From a virus, in the IMG/VR virus record IMGVR_UViG_3300021518_000005, positions 1 to 64,000 of that record: a stretch of 64,000 bases of DNA; one strand, 5' to 3'. How positions within the stretch are numbered: the stretch's first letter is position 1; each line of letters starts with the position of its first letter. Positions 10,545-21,428 of this stretch are shown here, piece after piece. The notes beneath the pieces were generated by a model, which searched no databases, was not told where the DNA came from, and saw only the letters and a program-made list of their open reading frames with translations. The translations under genes and the position numbers were made by a program.

Positions 10545-10977
10545 GGCATCCATTGTTAGCATTATCACTGCCATCCTCACACTGACAGGCGTCATTGTTG
10601 CGAATTTGTATACGCTGCGTGCCAAGCGGGTTGAAATTGGTGGCAAAACATCAGAAGTAAGTGTCACGGACAAGATCGATGAGCGTACAAAATTGTGGGG
10701 ACGCATCGAGCGCCTAGAGGATGTTGTGCATAAGATCGGCCTTGAAAACGACACGCTTGTTATTAAAAATGCCGATCTTACCGCGCAACTGAGCCATGCA
10801 CAGGCTCAAATTGCCATGTTACAACGCGACGTGTCACAGTATCGAGACATCGGAAAGGAGCGCGATCAGTTACGTGATGAGCTGCATGCAGCTCGCCTAG
10901 AAGTGGCTCGTTTATCACAAGAAGTTGATCGATTGCGTGCCGAAATTGCGGTTTTACGACAATCAACATCAGAATAG
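10537..10977 (+). CDS. Single-TM coiled-coil protein (lysis cassette)
   Basis: N-terminal TM (SIVSIITAILTLTGVIVA) followed by a heptad coiled coil. Confidence 0.6.
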   Translation: MNEASIVSIITAILTLTGVIVANLYTLRAKRVEIGGKTSEVSVTDKIDERTKLWGRIERLEDVVHKIGLENDTLVIKNADLTAQLSHAQAQIAMLQRDVSQYRDIGKERDQLRDELHAARLEVARLSQEVDRLRAEIAVLRQSTSE

Positions 10978-10992
10978 AAAAGGAGAACATTC

Positions 10993-11310
10993 ATGGACAT
11001 TGCCTATACATTTCTTCCGAGTGACGCCGGTTTGCTGTTGACTATGCTTGCAAGTTACGCCCTGCCCTTCATTGTGTCGTTTTTAAAGAAAGCCAGCTGG
11101 ACGCCATCGGCTAAGGTTGCACTCACTGTCTTTGTCTCGCTCGTGTTGGGCCTTTTGAGCGCGTATGCCGATGGTAAGCTAACAGAAGCACCGATGAGCG
11201 CATTGACGGCTGCCGCAATTGTTTTTACGGCGGCTCAGGCTAATTACGCAACCTGGTTCAAATCCCTTGGCCTTGACGATTACTTTAATCCTCCTGTGAA
11301 AGAGGGGTGA
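10993..11310 (+). CDS. Holin
   Basis: Three TM segments, AAGGAG RBS, immediately upstream of the endolysin. Confidence 0.7.
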   Translation: MDIAYTFLPSDAGLLLTMLASYALPFIVSFLKKASWTPSAKVALTVFVSLVLGLLSAYADGKLTEAPMSALTAAAIVFTAAQANYATWFKSLGLDDYFNPPVKEG

Positions 11311-11317
11311 CACGTTT

Positions 11318-12115
11318 TTGGATATTGTGCATGCTGAAAGCCCGAACCATGCAGCCCGCCCTGCCGGTGTAAAACCAGACATGATCGTACTCCATGCTAC
11401 GGCGTCTGGACTAACATCGGCGCTGAACTGGCTTCGCAATCCTCAGCGCGACAATCCAAGTCGCCGTGTATCGAGCCACGATCTTATTGCCAAAAATGGC
11501 ACGGTCTACGTATTAGTCGATGATGCACGAGAGGCATGGCATGCGGGCGCAAGCTTCTGGCGCGGTCGTAGTAATATCAATCGGTTCTCTATTGGCGTCG
11601 AGATCGTCAACCTGAATAACGGCAAAGACCCGTATCCAGAGGCGCAATACGAAAGTACCTTGCAGCGTGTTGTACAGCGCTGTAAGGTATGGACAATCGA
11701 GCCAACACGCGATACCGTTGTCGCGCATTACGACATCTCACCAGGCCGTAAAACCGATCCTGTTAGCTTTCCAATCGATCAGTTTGTACAGGATGTGCGC
11801 CACACGCTGAACCTAACGACAAGCGGCATTGTCGATGGCAACACAATTGACGCCTATTATGTGGTGCCTCAGAAGGCAAATATTCGACAGGCACCATATA
11901 CGGTATGGCCTACCGACTCGGATAAAGCAGGGGAGACGGTAGCCATTGCAGGCCAACTAGAGCGCGGCCACATGGTCTATATCGACGCTGTAGTAACAGG
12001 CGAACATGTCCTTGGCTCTGATCAGTGGATGCACATGGCCCATGTTACCGATCTGCAAGGTAAAACTGTGCAATACGATGCCGGATTTATTCACAGCAAG
12101 TTGCTAAGAAAGTAA
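11318..12115 (+). CDS. Endolysin, N-acetylmuramoyl-L-alanine amidase (Amidase_2)
   Basis: IVLHAT, VSSH, AWHAG, SIGVE, AH...SPGRKTDP motifs; possible SH3-like C-terminus. Confidence 0.92.
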   Translation: MDIVHAESPNHAARPAGVKPDMIVLHATASGLTSALNWLRNPQRDNPSRRVSSHDLIAKNGTVYVLVDDAREAWHAGASFWRGRSNINRFSIGVEIVNLNNGKDPYPEAQYESTLQRVVQRCKVWTIEPTRDTVVAHYDISPGRKTDPVSFPIDQFVQDVRHTLNLTTSGIVDGNTIDAYYVVPQKANIRQAPYTVWPTDSDKAGETVAIAGQLERGHMVYIDAVVTGEHVLGSDQWMHMAHVTDLQGKTVQYDAGFIHSKLLRK

Positions 12116-12129
12116 CGCACATCGCACAG

Positions 12130-12167
12130 CAAAGCCCCTCGTTAGATTGTCCTAACGAGGGGCTTTG
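12130..12167. terminator. Bidirectional intrinsic terminator between late and early units
   Basis: 16-bp inverted repeat caaagcccctcgttag / ctaacgaggggctttg between convergent genes. Confidence 0.75.
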
Positions 12168-12183
12168 TCGTGTCAAGTTGCAT

Positions 12184-12711
12184 TCACACCGACCGCGTGA
12201 GTACGCGCAAGCAGTCACCGACCGTGATGAGCTTGAGTATCTTCAACTCGTTATACAATTGTTCAACCCATTCCGGCATGTGTGCTACCATCATATGCCA
12301 CGTTCCAACCATCCATGTAGCGACGTGCCATGATGCGAGCGACACTTGTTCACCAAAGGCCGATGCACGCCAAATGCTAATCGGGTTGTTATTGTGATGT
12401 CCAAAAAAACCAAGCACCGCTGTATGCTCAAACCGCTTGAGCCACGAGACAAACAGAGACTCTTGATAATCGACATCAGTATATTCAATTTTCAATCGTG
12501 GCTCAAAGCGCATCTTTGTAATCACCCAACCGCCGCGTAGTCTCGATTCAAGCTCTTGATATGGCTCCTTCTTGCGTGTATTCGCGTATGCCAGCTGTGA
12601 CATACGCATAAACACGTCATAGGATACGCGCCGCGATTGTCCATCAATCTCCTTGACAAGCGCGTATCCTGATTCAAACACAATACCGTCCCGAGTCACA
12701 ATACAATCCAT
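12184..12711 (-). CDS. Hypothetical protein
   Basis: GGAGG RBS; C-terminal half resembles the protein at 15236..15595. Confidence 0.6.
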   Translation of the reverse strand: MDCIVTRDGIVFESGYALVKEIDGQSRRVSYDVFMRMSQLAYANTRKKEPYQELESRLRGGWVITKMRFEPRLKIEYTDVDYQESLFVSWLKRFEHTAVLGFFGHHNNNPISIWRASAFGEQVSLASWHVATWMVGTWHMMVAHMPEWVEQLYNELKILKLITVGDCLRVLTRSV

Positions 12712-12739
12712 AAAAACCTCCGCAGGGGAATGCGGTCAA

Positions 12740-13997
12740 TGCCACGACGTTGACCGCCGCGACTTGCTTAGTGGCTATCTCTGTGGTACAATAGAACATA
12801 TGAACGTACAACGCACGATAACGATATGCATTGCTGATGACCCTGACCTGCGGGCAACGCTTGCAGGGTTCCAGGGCATTCAGCAGCGCATCTCTCAGGC
12901 GTGCTACAACGACGGCAGCCCGCTGTCCGCGCTGGCGTTGCATCGTGCGGTGTACGCACAGATCAAAGGCACGATCAGCAGTCAGCTGACCTGTACGGCC
13001 ATCCGGCTGGTTGCCGGAGCGTACGCTAGTGCCAAAGCGAACAAGAAGCCCGCGCAACGCCCGTTTGCGTTCAAGCGGCCTACGGCGCTGTTTCTGGTTG
13101 GCGAGCGCGGGCGCGATGCGCGCTTGTGTGATGATGGCACGCTCTCGATCTGGACGGTCGCAGGGCGCAAGCGCATTGCCTACAGCGTGCCGGATGCCTT
13201 CAAGCAGACGCTTGCCGACGCCGTCGAGATCGACAGTATGACCGTGATCGAACGCGACGGACGCCTGCTTGGTCGCGTGGTTGTCACGCTGCGCGTCCCT
13301 GATCCGAAGGGCATTCATCCGGTTGGGATTGACCTGAACGAAACGAACGCCCTGGTTGCCGTCGATCCTGATGGCACCACCCTGTTCGTGAGCGGGCGGG
13401 CGTTTAAGGTGCGGAACACCCGCACCCGCAAAACCCGCCGCCGTCTTCAAGCACAGCTTGCGACCCACAAGGCACAGAAACACGATACCCGGTCGATCCG
13501 GCGCGTGTTGAAACGGCTTGGTCGCAAACAGCGCAACCGCACGCGCACCTTCTGTCAACAAACCGCTGCCAAGCTGGTTGCCTGGGCGCACACCGACTCG
13601 GTGTTGGTGTTCGAGCGTCTGACACTGCCGCAGACCTCTAAAAAGCTGCGGGTGCGCAAGGGTACCCGCCGACGACTCAGCCAGTGGCAGCGCCGCTTGA
13701 TGCGTCAAAGTGTCACGAACACTGCCGAGCGGCGCGGGCTGCTGGTGGATGATGTCAATCCAGCCTACACCAGCCAGGATTGCTCGCGGTGTGGGTTGCG
13801 TGGTATCCGAAAGCGTCACGCTTTCTCCTGTCCTCACTGTGGGCACGAAGCCCACGCGGATGTGAATGCTGCAATCAACATCCGTCATCGCTATACCGTC
13901 CTACGGGGCGGTGGGCCGCTGTCAACCGGCCCTGAAGCCCTGTCGTCCGTTGCGGACAATGAGGGCAAGCTTTCGTCTTTAGGCGACAGTCGTTGAC
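12740..13997 (+). mobile_element. Non-autonomous IS200/IS605-family element (tnpB only)
   Basis: Clearly more GC-rich than its flanks; subterminal hairpin ends (left gccacgacgttgaccgccgcgacttgc, right gcaagctttcgtctttaggcgacagtcgttgac); no tnpA. The left boundary is uncertain by about 5 nt. Confidence 0.8.
12800..13996 (+). CDS. tnpB: TnpB RNA-guided endonuclease
   Basis: RuvC triad GIDLN / VFERL / HADVNAAINI; Zn ribbon CSRC...CPHC; NPAYTSQ. ATG lies 7 nt after TGGTACAAT (leaderless). Confidence 0.92.
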   Translation: MNVQRTITICIADDPDLRATLAGFQGIQQRISQACYNDGSPLSALALHRAVYAQIKGTISSQLTCTAIRLVAGAYASAKANKKPAQRPFAFKRPTALFLVGERGRDARLCDDGTLSIWTVAGRKRIAYSVPDAFKQTLADAVEIDSMTVIERDGRLLGRVVVTLRVPDPKGIHPVGIDLNETNALVAVDPDGTTLFVSGRAFKVRNTRTRKTRRRLQAQLATHKAQKHDTRSIRRVLKRLGRKQRNRTRTFCQQTAAKLVAWAHTDSVLVFERLTLPQTSKKLRVRKGTRRRLSQWQRRLMRQSVTNTAERRGLLVDDVNPAYTSQDCSRCGLRGIRKRHAFSCPHCGHEAHADVNAAINIRHRYTVLRGGGPLSTGPEALSSVADNEGKLSSLGDSR

Positions 13998-15235
13998 TAC
14001 GCTACTTCCTCGGTGTCTACATAATCCGCTTTATCCTTAATGTAACCCTCTAGGACTCCAAATTCCCAACTTTTTGCTTTGATGAATTGTGTGCCCTGAG
14101 TACTTTCGACACGCAAACAAACACCTTCTCGAATATGACGGCTATCAAGTTCGCTTGAGCCACTGATATGCGAATCGATAATCGTATCGACAATACTCAT
14201 CGTTTCTGTGTCATACACACACAACATGTCAATGTGCGGCACGGTCTGTAATCCAAGTTCTTGACAGCGCTGGTGCATCTGAAAATGAGACAATTCAGTA
14301 CCGTGTTGTGTGATGCGATAGACATACATACGACACGTTCCAGGCTCACAACCATAGGTGTAGCGCATGACCGGCCCATACTGCTCTAGTCCTGCTTTTT
14401 TGGTGTCGCCCTGCTCACCCATGATGAACTTCTCATCTGTCGTATAGCCGACGACCTCAAAATACAGAATCTCACCTGGCTTGAGTGTTATCCCGCTAAC
14501 GACATCGCGACGAAATTGCTCACTGCCATAATATCCGGCCTTGCCGTCTTCTAAGATCGTGCGTCGCGTCCCAATCACATACTGATATGTTTTAGCCTCG
14601 ACAGGGACACCGAGCCGCTGTAGCCAGCGCTCGTACCACTTTAGCGGGCGCTCCACTTCTACTAACCCATAACGCTGCGATGTGCCGTGCAACTTCTCGG
14701 AAACATACACTACGCTACCAGGCTGGATTGCATGCCGCGCATACTTGTACGGCTCTGTTTCGACATGCTCAGGAAAGGAGCTAATCACACGCTTCTGTAC
14801 GCGCTGGTGCTGTGCTTGCAGTGTCGCCGGTGTCATATATTTATTACAAATAGCAACACCCCCAAGACTATCGAGCGTGTCACCTTCTCGTAGCGTTTCG
14901 ATGGCGCTTGTATCAATTTCGGCAGCCGCAAGATACGACAACGGACACCAAAAGCCATCAGATTTGACGCCGCGCAATGACTGCGCTCGTACACGCCGGT
15001 TCTGCTCGAACATGCCACCGGCCTTATTGCCTTGCGCATCGACACGACGTACAAGATCGTTTGCTGCTGCAAATGCCTCCGATAGCTGTCCGTCTGTCGG
15101 AAAGAACAATCCGAGATCACCATCCTCTGCTGTCAATCCTACAACAACTTGATGGCCGTAAGCACTGGCAATTTTCAATCGATCTGCATTAGGATGAGGC
15201 CGCGTTGTAATACGGCACACAATAGCTTTATACAT
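13997..15235 (-). CDS. RNA ligase (DRB0094-like, with N-terminal OB domain)
   Basis: HPNADRL OB-fold start, nucleotidyltransferase motif I EKLHGTS, ILYFEVVG, REGVCL and KAKS motifs. Confidence 0.85.
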   Translation of the reverse strand: MYKAIVCRITTRPHPNADRLKIASAYGHQVVVGLTAEDGDLGLFFPTDGQLSEAFAAANDLVRRVDAQGNKAGGMFEQNRRVRAQSLRGVKSDGFWCPLSYLAAAEIDTSAIETLREGDTLDSLGGVAICNKYMTPATLQAQHQRVQKRVISSFPEHVETEPYKYARHAIQPGSVVYVSEKLHGTSQRYGLVEVERPLKWYERWLQRLGVPVEAKTYQYVIGTRRTILEDGKAGYYGSEQFRRDVVSGITLKPGEILYFEVVGYTTDEKFIMGEQGDTKKAGLEQYGPVMRYTYGCEPGTCRMYVYRITQHGTELSHFQMHQRCQELGLQTVPHIDMLCVYDTETMSIVDTIIDSHISGSSELDSRHIREGVCLRVESTQGTQFIKAKSWEFGVLEGYIKDKADYVDTEEVA

Positions 15236-15595
15236 TTATGTTTCTCGTACTACCTCCATACATTGCGCTACGGTCACATGCCGTAACCGCCAAATACCAC
15301 GCAAGAACGACCTTGCCCAAAGTGGCAAGGGAGACCAATTGGAGCTATCATCGTTGTAATAGCGTGTCGCGTAGACAGTAACATACTCATCGCAACGTAA
15401 GCGCCAGATCGACAACGGGTTGAAATCCGGTGTATTTTTGATAGAAATAACATCACATAGCTGCATTGTTTCAAGCCATGTGATAAAATCATCTTTACTC
15501 CAATTCATCGTCATCCAGTATGCTATCAACGGCTTCAATACCAGCTTGAATGTACTCCATGTTTCGAGCCATCGCCACAAGATCGGCAACGGCAT
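15236..15595 (-). CDS. Hypothetical protein (true start probably internal, MNWSKDD)
   Basis: ORF in a tightly packed operon; resembles the C-terminus of 12184..12711. Confidence 0.5.
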   Translation of the reverse strand: MPLPILWRWLETWSTFKLVLKPLIAYWMTMNWSKDDFITWLETMQLCDVISIKNTPDFNPLSIWRLRCDEYVTVYATRYYNDDSSNWSPLPLWARSFLRGIWRLRHVTVAQCMEVVRET

Positions 15596-15684
15596 CTAGT
15601 TGATCTTCCGTAACATCGTTAATACTGGTAAAATCTTCGACAATTCCCGACACGAGGAGTACTGCTTGTAATACATCACTCATT

Positions 15685-16032
15685 TTACAGTTGCTCCTCA
15701 ATTAATGTAGCAATTTCCTGAAATGACAAGTAAATCACGTCATTTAAGTGGATAAGCGAATTATTAGAGCTGGTGCCATATTTTAGTGTCGTTTGTATGG
15801 GTATTCCAGCCCATACAGCTACGTCATAGGGAAGATCATTCCAAGAACCACCAAACTCGCCATCTTCCTTAAACAATATATTGCCCACCTCTTGACTATA
15901 TAATTCACACAACACTCCAAGGCAGCAGTGCATATACCCATTGTCTGTCTTTTGGCGCAATGTTCCCATGCCTTGAACAAAATCGCCAGATCGCAGCATC
16001 CCAACCCATTTACGCTTAACTTCCTGGTTCAT
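15685..16032 (-). CDS. Conserved phage protein (CCLGVLC family)
   Basis: W..LRSG...QG.G.L...CCLGVLCELY; paralogous to 42818..43186. Confidence 0.65.
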   Translation of the reverse strand: MNQEVKRKWVGMLRSGDFVQGMGTLRQKTDNGYMHCCLGVLCELYSQEVGNILFKEDGEFGGSWNDLPYDVAVWAGIPIQTTLKYGTSSNNSLIHLNDVIYLSFQEIATLIEEQL

Positions 16033-16038
16033 TGTGTA

Positions 16039-16407
16039 TTACAGCTCCTTACCGATCATATCCGCCGAGGGAATGATAGCATAAAAATCCTTATATACCG
16101 TGCGCCATGATTTCATAGGCTTATCATCCACAAAGCGCGTATAGCGCACGACTTGATTATATCCATGATCTTTAAGCTCGATCCACTTGATGCTCGTAAC
16201 ACGCGCCAGAACCTTATTCATCTCGATAATATCACCAACGTTACAGGTGGCAAGCGTCGCCGTGGGCGTTATTTTTGGCTGGCCTTTAGGAGTAACAATC
16301 TGCTTTCCAGCTCCACCACATCCATAACACACGTCACCGTCCCTCAAATTAAATGAGTGCTTTCCCGTTCCATCGCAGCGAGTGCAAATGCGTGTGTTGA
16401 TGTTCAT
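16039..16407 (-). CDS. Zn-finger (CxxCxGxG) hypothetical protein
   Basis: CTRCDGTG and CYGCGGAG motifs; first gene after the promoter at 16448-16476. Confidence 0.6.
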   Translation of the reverse strand: MNINTRICTRCDGTGKHSFNLRDGDVCYGCGGAGKQIVTPKGQPKITPTATLATCNVGDIIEMNKVLARVTSIKWIELKDHGYNQVVRYTRFVDDKPMKSWRTVYKDFYAIIPSADMIGKEL

Positions 16408-16447
16408 TGGTGTGATGCCTTTCTTTGAAGTTTACGAACCTGTACAC

Positions 16448-16476
16448 ATCTTACCATGGCGGTAAGAACTTGTCAA
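16448..16476 (-). promoter_or_regulatory. Early promoter with palindromic operator
   Basis: TTGACA-17 nt-TAAGAT containing CTTACC-N5-GGTAAG. Confidence 0.8.
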
Positions 16477-16851
16477 GCCCTCACGAGTATTATTTTTGAT
16501 ACTCGTGAGGGGTTGCTAATACGTAAATCTTACCAAGATTACAATGCCTCTCGCAGCCTCTCCTTCGCCGCCTTGTTAGCTGGTACCAATTGCCATGTGT
16601 GTATGCGGATACTATCAAGCGGTTCTCGTGTATACAAGTAGTCTCTTCCTGGATTAGTCGATTGCACAACAATGCCAACATTCCCAATCCAGTTTAACGG
16701 ACGGTAGAATGAGAAATAGCAATAATCGTATTCATTGTCAGCCAAATAGCGCTCTAGACCTTCCTGGAACTTTGGCTTATCTTGTATCTCTGCCTGCAAT
16801 GCCCAATCAAGATATTCTCGTTGTGATCGTGAAAGGCTCATGATTCATTCC

Positions 16852-17721
16852 TCATTTTCCACACAATAACCCACAGCTTACCACATGTAACATATCCGGC
16901 TTGTCTTCCTCGAATAAGTGTTGCTGCGTGCGCTGTACAATAAAATCGGCCACCTTTTTAGCCCGCTTTTGTTTTACCTCTGATGCTCTTGCTGCCAGTT
17001 CTCGCAAGCTTTCGCCTTGACGCCATGTGTAGTCTTGAGCACCGATCTGCTCTTCCATTTCAACCGAGCGCCAAAATAAATCGGGATGATGTTCTAATAA
17101 ACCCACCCACTCATAGGTGCGCTGGTAAAAGCAGTAATAGCAATTTGCGCGTGAACGCCATGCAAAAAGCTGCTGATATAGTGGTGAAGGCAACTCCTGC
17201 ACAAGATGCGCTTGTTCACCAAGTAACGAACAAACCTCATTGTAAAGCCAAATCCAATGAAATTGGGGGGGGGCAATGCCGTAATCGTGTACACCCTGCC
17301 AAACATGGGCAAGTGTCTGTTGCGCCTCCCGCAGTGGGTACACTGGTGTAATATTGTTGCGCCTACCACGTTGCGTATATCCAACACGATTTTCATCAGC
17401 ACGAATGCCAAGATAGAGCAACGCTGGATCGTCGCCTAGCCAATCTTCCATCGGATATATTTTCGCCATCCTTGTGCAATAGCGTGCCTTTATCGATGGA
17501 AGCATGCCCTGATCGTAAATGATTTCCGTCAAATCAGCGCCGATACGAGTAATTGATATATGAAGACGCTGCTCTACAGTACTGAGCCAGTCAAATACTT
17601 CTGGTGTTTCGGTACCAGTTGAATTAAAGATATACTCATAGGGTAGTTCTGGTTGGCGTTGCTTCTGAATAACTGCCGTCCATGCCGAGTCTTTCCCCGA
17701 AATTGGTATAATGTGTCGCAT
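16852..17721 (-). CDS. PAPS-reductase-like (PP-loop) protein
   Basis: ISGKDS PP-loop, TGTE, RYCTRMAKI, GIRADE and CYYCFY motifs. Confidence 0.8.
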   Translation of the reverse strand: MRHIIPISGKDSAWTAVIQKQRQPELPYEYIFNSTGTETPEVFDWLSTVEQRLHISITRIGADLTEIIYDQGMLPSIKARYCTRMAKIYPMEDWLGDDPALLYLGIRADENRVGYTQRGRRNNITPVYPLREAQQTLAHVWQGVHDYGIAPPQFHWIWLYNEVCSLLGEQAHLVQELPSPLYQQLFAWRSRANCYYCFYQRTYEWVGLLEHHPDLFWRSVEMEEQIGAQDYTWRQGESLRELAARASEVKQKRAKKVADFIVQRTQQHLFEEDKPDMLHVVSCGLLCGK

Positions 17722-18123
17722 TATCTACTTTCTGTGATCCTGTCGCACCGATTCGATTTTTGAAATATCCCCATCAGCACGAAAATCAACAGCTCCATTC
17801 CATCCGACAACATAGCAGATGTAACCCGTAATGATAGAAATTATAACAGCGCCTAACACCATCATTGGATTGCCTGCAAAAAAATACGTAATGAATTCTA
17901 GGAATGCTGTCCCCAATTCAGGCACGATTACCATGAGAATGATGATTATCAGTGTTATCAAACCACATCCACGCATGATTGTTCCTCTCGTGTGCTAATC
18001 AAAATACACATCTGTATATATATCATTCCCGCGCTGTACTGCCATTCAGAATTATTAGCTCACGGCGCTGATTGTGCAGTTCGGGTATGTTCGGACAATA
18101 CGCGGTGTAACTCACAATAAACA

Positions 18124-18843
18124 TCAGTATGTTACCTCCAATGGTAATCGATCCTGTTGTAACACCATATGCGGCACAGCATCAGGATCGGCTAGTAACG
18201 GTATTGGCCTGAACGGTGCATCTTCAGCAATCTTTGCACCATACTGCCATCGTAGCCAGCCGCCGCTATAACGAGATGGATACACACCTTTCTGCCAGAG
18301 GAATGTACTGTAACTCGTGGCATCGGTCTTACCATTCCCTGTAAAACTAGGCCGACGTGAGCATGTGTCTACCGCAATCGGTGTATGCTTTTGCCAGAAA
18401 TGATCGCCGCGCTCTTGGCCTTCTAGGAACGCTGTACGCAGCAGTTGCAACAAATACCCACCAGGCGCTAACATTGCCAGCGAGAGCCGTACAAACGCTT
18501 CTGTGTACTTGTATGGCGGGTTCCCCGGTATAAAATCGGGCTGCCGGAATTTGTGCCGCAAGGCATACGCAGCATAATGTTGAAAGCTCATGCCGCCGTA
18601 CCACGCATCATATGCAGCTGGCTTAGATGACGGCTGTAGCTCGACACCGATAATATACGCATGCGGCCATCGTTCACGAGCTACAGCACCCCACACGCCA
18701 GTACCGGCGCTATGATCTAAGATCACCTCTGGCATGTAATCGGCTGGCAGCAGATCTGTATGCGCAGCACGTACAAGCTCAGAAGGTGTAGGATAATGAT
18801 CATTGCGATCTCGCTGGCGCATGGTTTTGGATGTGACAATCAT
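18124..18843 (-). CDS. DNA adenine methyltransferase-like protein
   Basis: DHYPTP, ILDHSAGTG SAM-binding motif, GNPPY, RPSF. Confidence 0.8.
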   Translation of the reverse strand: MIVTSKTMRQRDRNDHYPTPSELVRAAHTDLLPADYMPEVILDHSAGTGVWGAVARERWPHAYIIGVELQPSSKPAAYDAWYGGMSFQHYAAYALRHKFRQPDFIPGNPPYKYTEAFVRLSLAMLAPGGYLLQLLRTAFLEGQERGDHFWQKHTPIAVDTCSRRPSFTGNGKTDATSYSTFLWQKGVYPSRYSGGWLRWQYGAKIAEDAPFRPIPLLADPDAVPHMVLQQDRLPLEVTY

Positions 18844-19327
18844 ATGCCCAATGAGTTATTACGAAATAGGATAATCAAAACAACAAACAAGGCAAAACTA
18901 CACACAACACCGATCACACACACATATACAAGGTGATAAATGTTTGATGCCAATTCTGGCACCTTCCTAACTCTTTGCAGTAAAACAATCAGTACAACCA
19001 AAAGAACGCTAAACAAAAAAGATATGCCGCCTATGAGGAATGGAAGTAACAACGTAATCAACATTTTCTCATGCTCCTTTATTGATTACAACTACACTAC
19101 CACGCGCATTTCGACAATTTCATCACATATCACATCAAACACGGTTCGCCCGTTGACTTGATACTCCTTGACGCTGTATTCAAAATCAGGCACCGCGTCG
19201 ATGAATTCTTTAATTTTCGCTTGCGCCATCTCGACAGTAGTAACGCGGAATATAAAAGCAATCATGAACTGTTTCCCCTCGACTCGGCTAGGCATTAGTG
19301 TCACGCCTAGCCGAGTCGAAATGCGTA

Positions 19328-19816
19328 TCACGCTAATGCCATTCGAGTTTTACCAGCTACCTTCCTGCTGCCGTGCTTATCACGAATATCATCCATATCC
19401 ATGGTGCCACGGCGCTTTTTGCGCTCACCCCCACCAGTGTGATACCACATCTTCTTTTGCCCGCTGAACAGGAAGCCAGCTGCCTTAAGCCGATCCTTGA
19501 CGGGATAGGTGTCACCACTTACCCATATCCAAGTACCACAAATTTCAATCTCGACACCAGGAAGCGCAATGATCTGATCGAGAATAGCCTGCAAGTTGAG
19601 AATGGATTCTTCTGTTTCACGGCTGTACTTCTCACCACTTTCAGCACGATATGCGCCTGTTACCAGCCATTCAAACTCATTGTTAATTCGCTTCATGTGT
19701 TCGGTATACACATCCTCTTCTCCACGATGTAAGTCAGGATGGTATTCCTTCACAAGCTTGCGATACTCGACTTTGATGTCCTCGACGGTGGTAGCGGCAA
19801 AGTATTGGCGTTGCAT
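19328..19816 (-). CDS. DnaJ (J-domain) protein
   Basis: YRKLVKEYHPD (HPD motif); C-terminal IEICGTWIWV...LKAAGF domain; start refined to MQRQYF. Confidence 0.85.
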   Translation of the reverse strand: MQRQYFAATTVEDIKVEYRKLVKEYHPDLHRGEEDVYTEHMKRINNEFEWLVTGAYRAESGEKYSRETEESILNLQAILDQIIALPGVEIEICGTWIWVSGDTYPVKDRLKAAGFLFSGQKKMWYHTGGGERKKRRGTMDMDDIRDKHGSRKVAGKTRMALA

Positions 19817-19856
19817 GGTGGTATCCTCGTGACTAGTGCATCTATCAACTGATAGT

Positions 19857-19885
19857 ATCTTACCATATCGGTAAGAACTTGTCAA
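19857..19885 (-). promoter_or_regulatory. Early promoter with palindromic operator
   Basis: TTGACA AGTT CTTACC GATAT GGTAAG AT on the minus strand. Confidence 0.8.
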
Positions 19886-20780
19886 GCACCAAAATACGAC
19901 ACGGCGGATGGGGTTTCGTCCATCCGCCGTGTCGTATTTACCATGTCATTAGCGTGTTATCATCACTTCACGATACTCGCAACTGCCAACCAAATTCCCG
20001 CTTTCAACCTCCTGGATGTAGACCACATAATCATTTGCATAATGCACTGATGCAGTACGTGCATTATGGATCGCCCACTCCCGATCTGAGTTGATGTAAG
20101 GCGGGCAAGCCGGAAGAGACTGGACAACACCCTCACCGATTGTAGCGCAGTTACGCACCTTCTCAATTTTGAGCTGATACATTATCTTGGCGTCCTTTCG
20201 CTGTAATGATAGACGCAAAACATGTCGGGACGTGTGCGATCAATGCCGAATTCACTCTCAGCAATGCTTAGGGACAATTTACCGTCTGAGGATTCAAGCC
20301 AAGCATCGCGCCGATTCACGCAATCGGCTATGTTTTTACCCTGAAACGTAATGCGGGCAATTTCTAAATCGATATGATCCCCATACTTACCGGAAAGAAG
20401 ATAAGCAACTGCATGGTCTCTAGTCACAACTTGGCCGTCGATTACACTGTACGATGCCTTGTGTACATAATCTAATTTGTACGCCATGAGCTTACTCCTC
20501 ATCCTGTGCTACATAATCCACAGACATAATGATGCCATCGCTGTCGTAGATCCATCCCTGCGCATTAGTGGCCTTGAAGTTCACGTCTACTAAGCCAGCC
20601 CCACAATCAACGGCCATGCTTCCCTCACAAGATACGGCACATGCACCTTGCACGAAACGCATATGCCCCTGCAATGTGTGATGAACTTCATAAGCAGATC
20701 GAGTAGTAAGCGTGTCGCGGTTGATGCGGATTGTCATGATTTTTCTCCCTAAACAGGATGCGGCGGATGCAACTGACAGT

Positions 20781-20809
20781 ATCTTACCACGTCGGTAAGA
20801 TACTGTCAA
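20781..20809 (-). promoter_or_regulatory. Early promoter with palindromic operator
   Basis: Same TTGACA-17-TAAGAT plus CTTACC-N5-GGTAAG architecture. Confidence 0.8.
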
Positions 20810-21428
20810 GCACCAAAATAGCCCATTGGAAATGTTTTTCCAATGGGCTAAAAAGAAGCCAGTACGACTAATTTCCTTGAAGGATATTCAGTTCCTCTGC
20901 TGTTATAGTGTACAGGGTGAATGAACGATCTTTGTTTCAGCTACTTGCTCTATACCGCTTCGGTAGTACTTTCGCCACACGTCGCCATTTTCCTCACCAT
21001 AACCTGTTACCTGAAATGTGACACCAGGAAACAGGTACGACAATTTGATCATGCTCTCACTATGATCGTACCATTTGACTTTGACAGAGACGCAATCAAT
21101 GTATCCTGATATATCGGCAAGACGATCCCGCCACATTGCAGGCTCATTCCCTGCAATCACTTCGATTTTGTATGAGGTGTAGTATCCCATCATTTCTCCT
21201 TGTGGCCTGACGCATACGATCACTTCTCGATATACAACTGTGGCCGTGCTGGTGGATTTACAAGATCAACAGTCAATGTGTCGTACCGCTCCCCGAATGT
21301 CGGCAACCTATAGGAACCATCATTGATCGCATCCTGCACCACATCATCAAAGTCAGGAAAGGCATATCCGTGTTCGACATACCAGTTATCAGCCTCGATT
21401 TTATTAGCCTCGTAATCAGGTCGCATGA

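Noticed and set aside
12674-13888. 404-aa minus-strand ORF
   Set aside because: Antisense shadow of the GC-rich tnpB with no recognisable motifs.
12800-13996. Cas12f-type CRISPR effector or catalytically dead TnpB regulator
   Set aside because: No array nearby, IS ends are present, and the RuvC D-E-D triad is intact.
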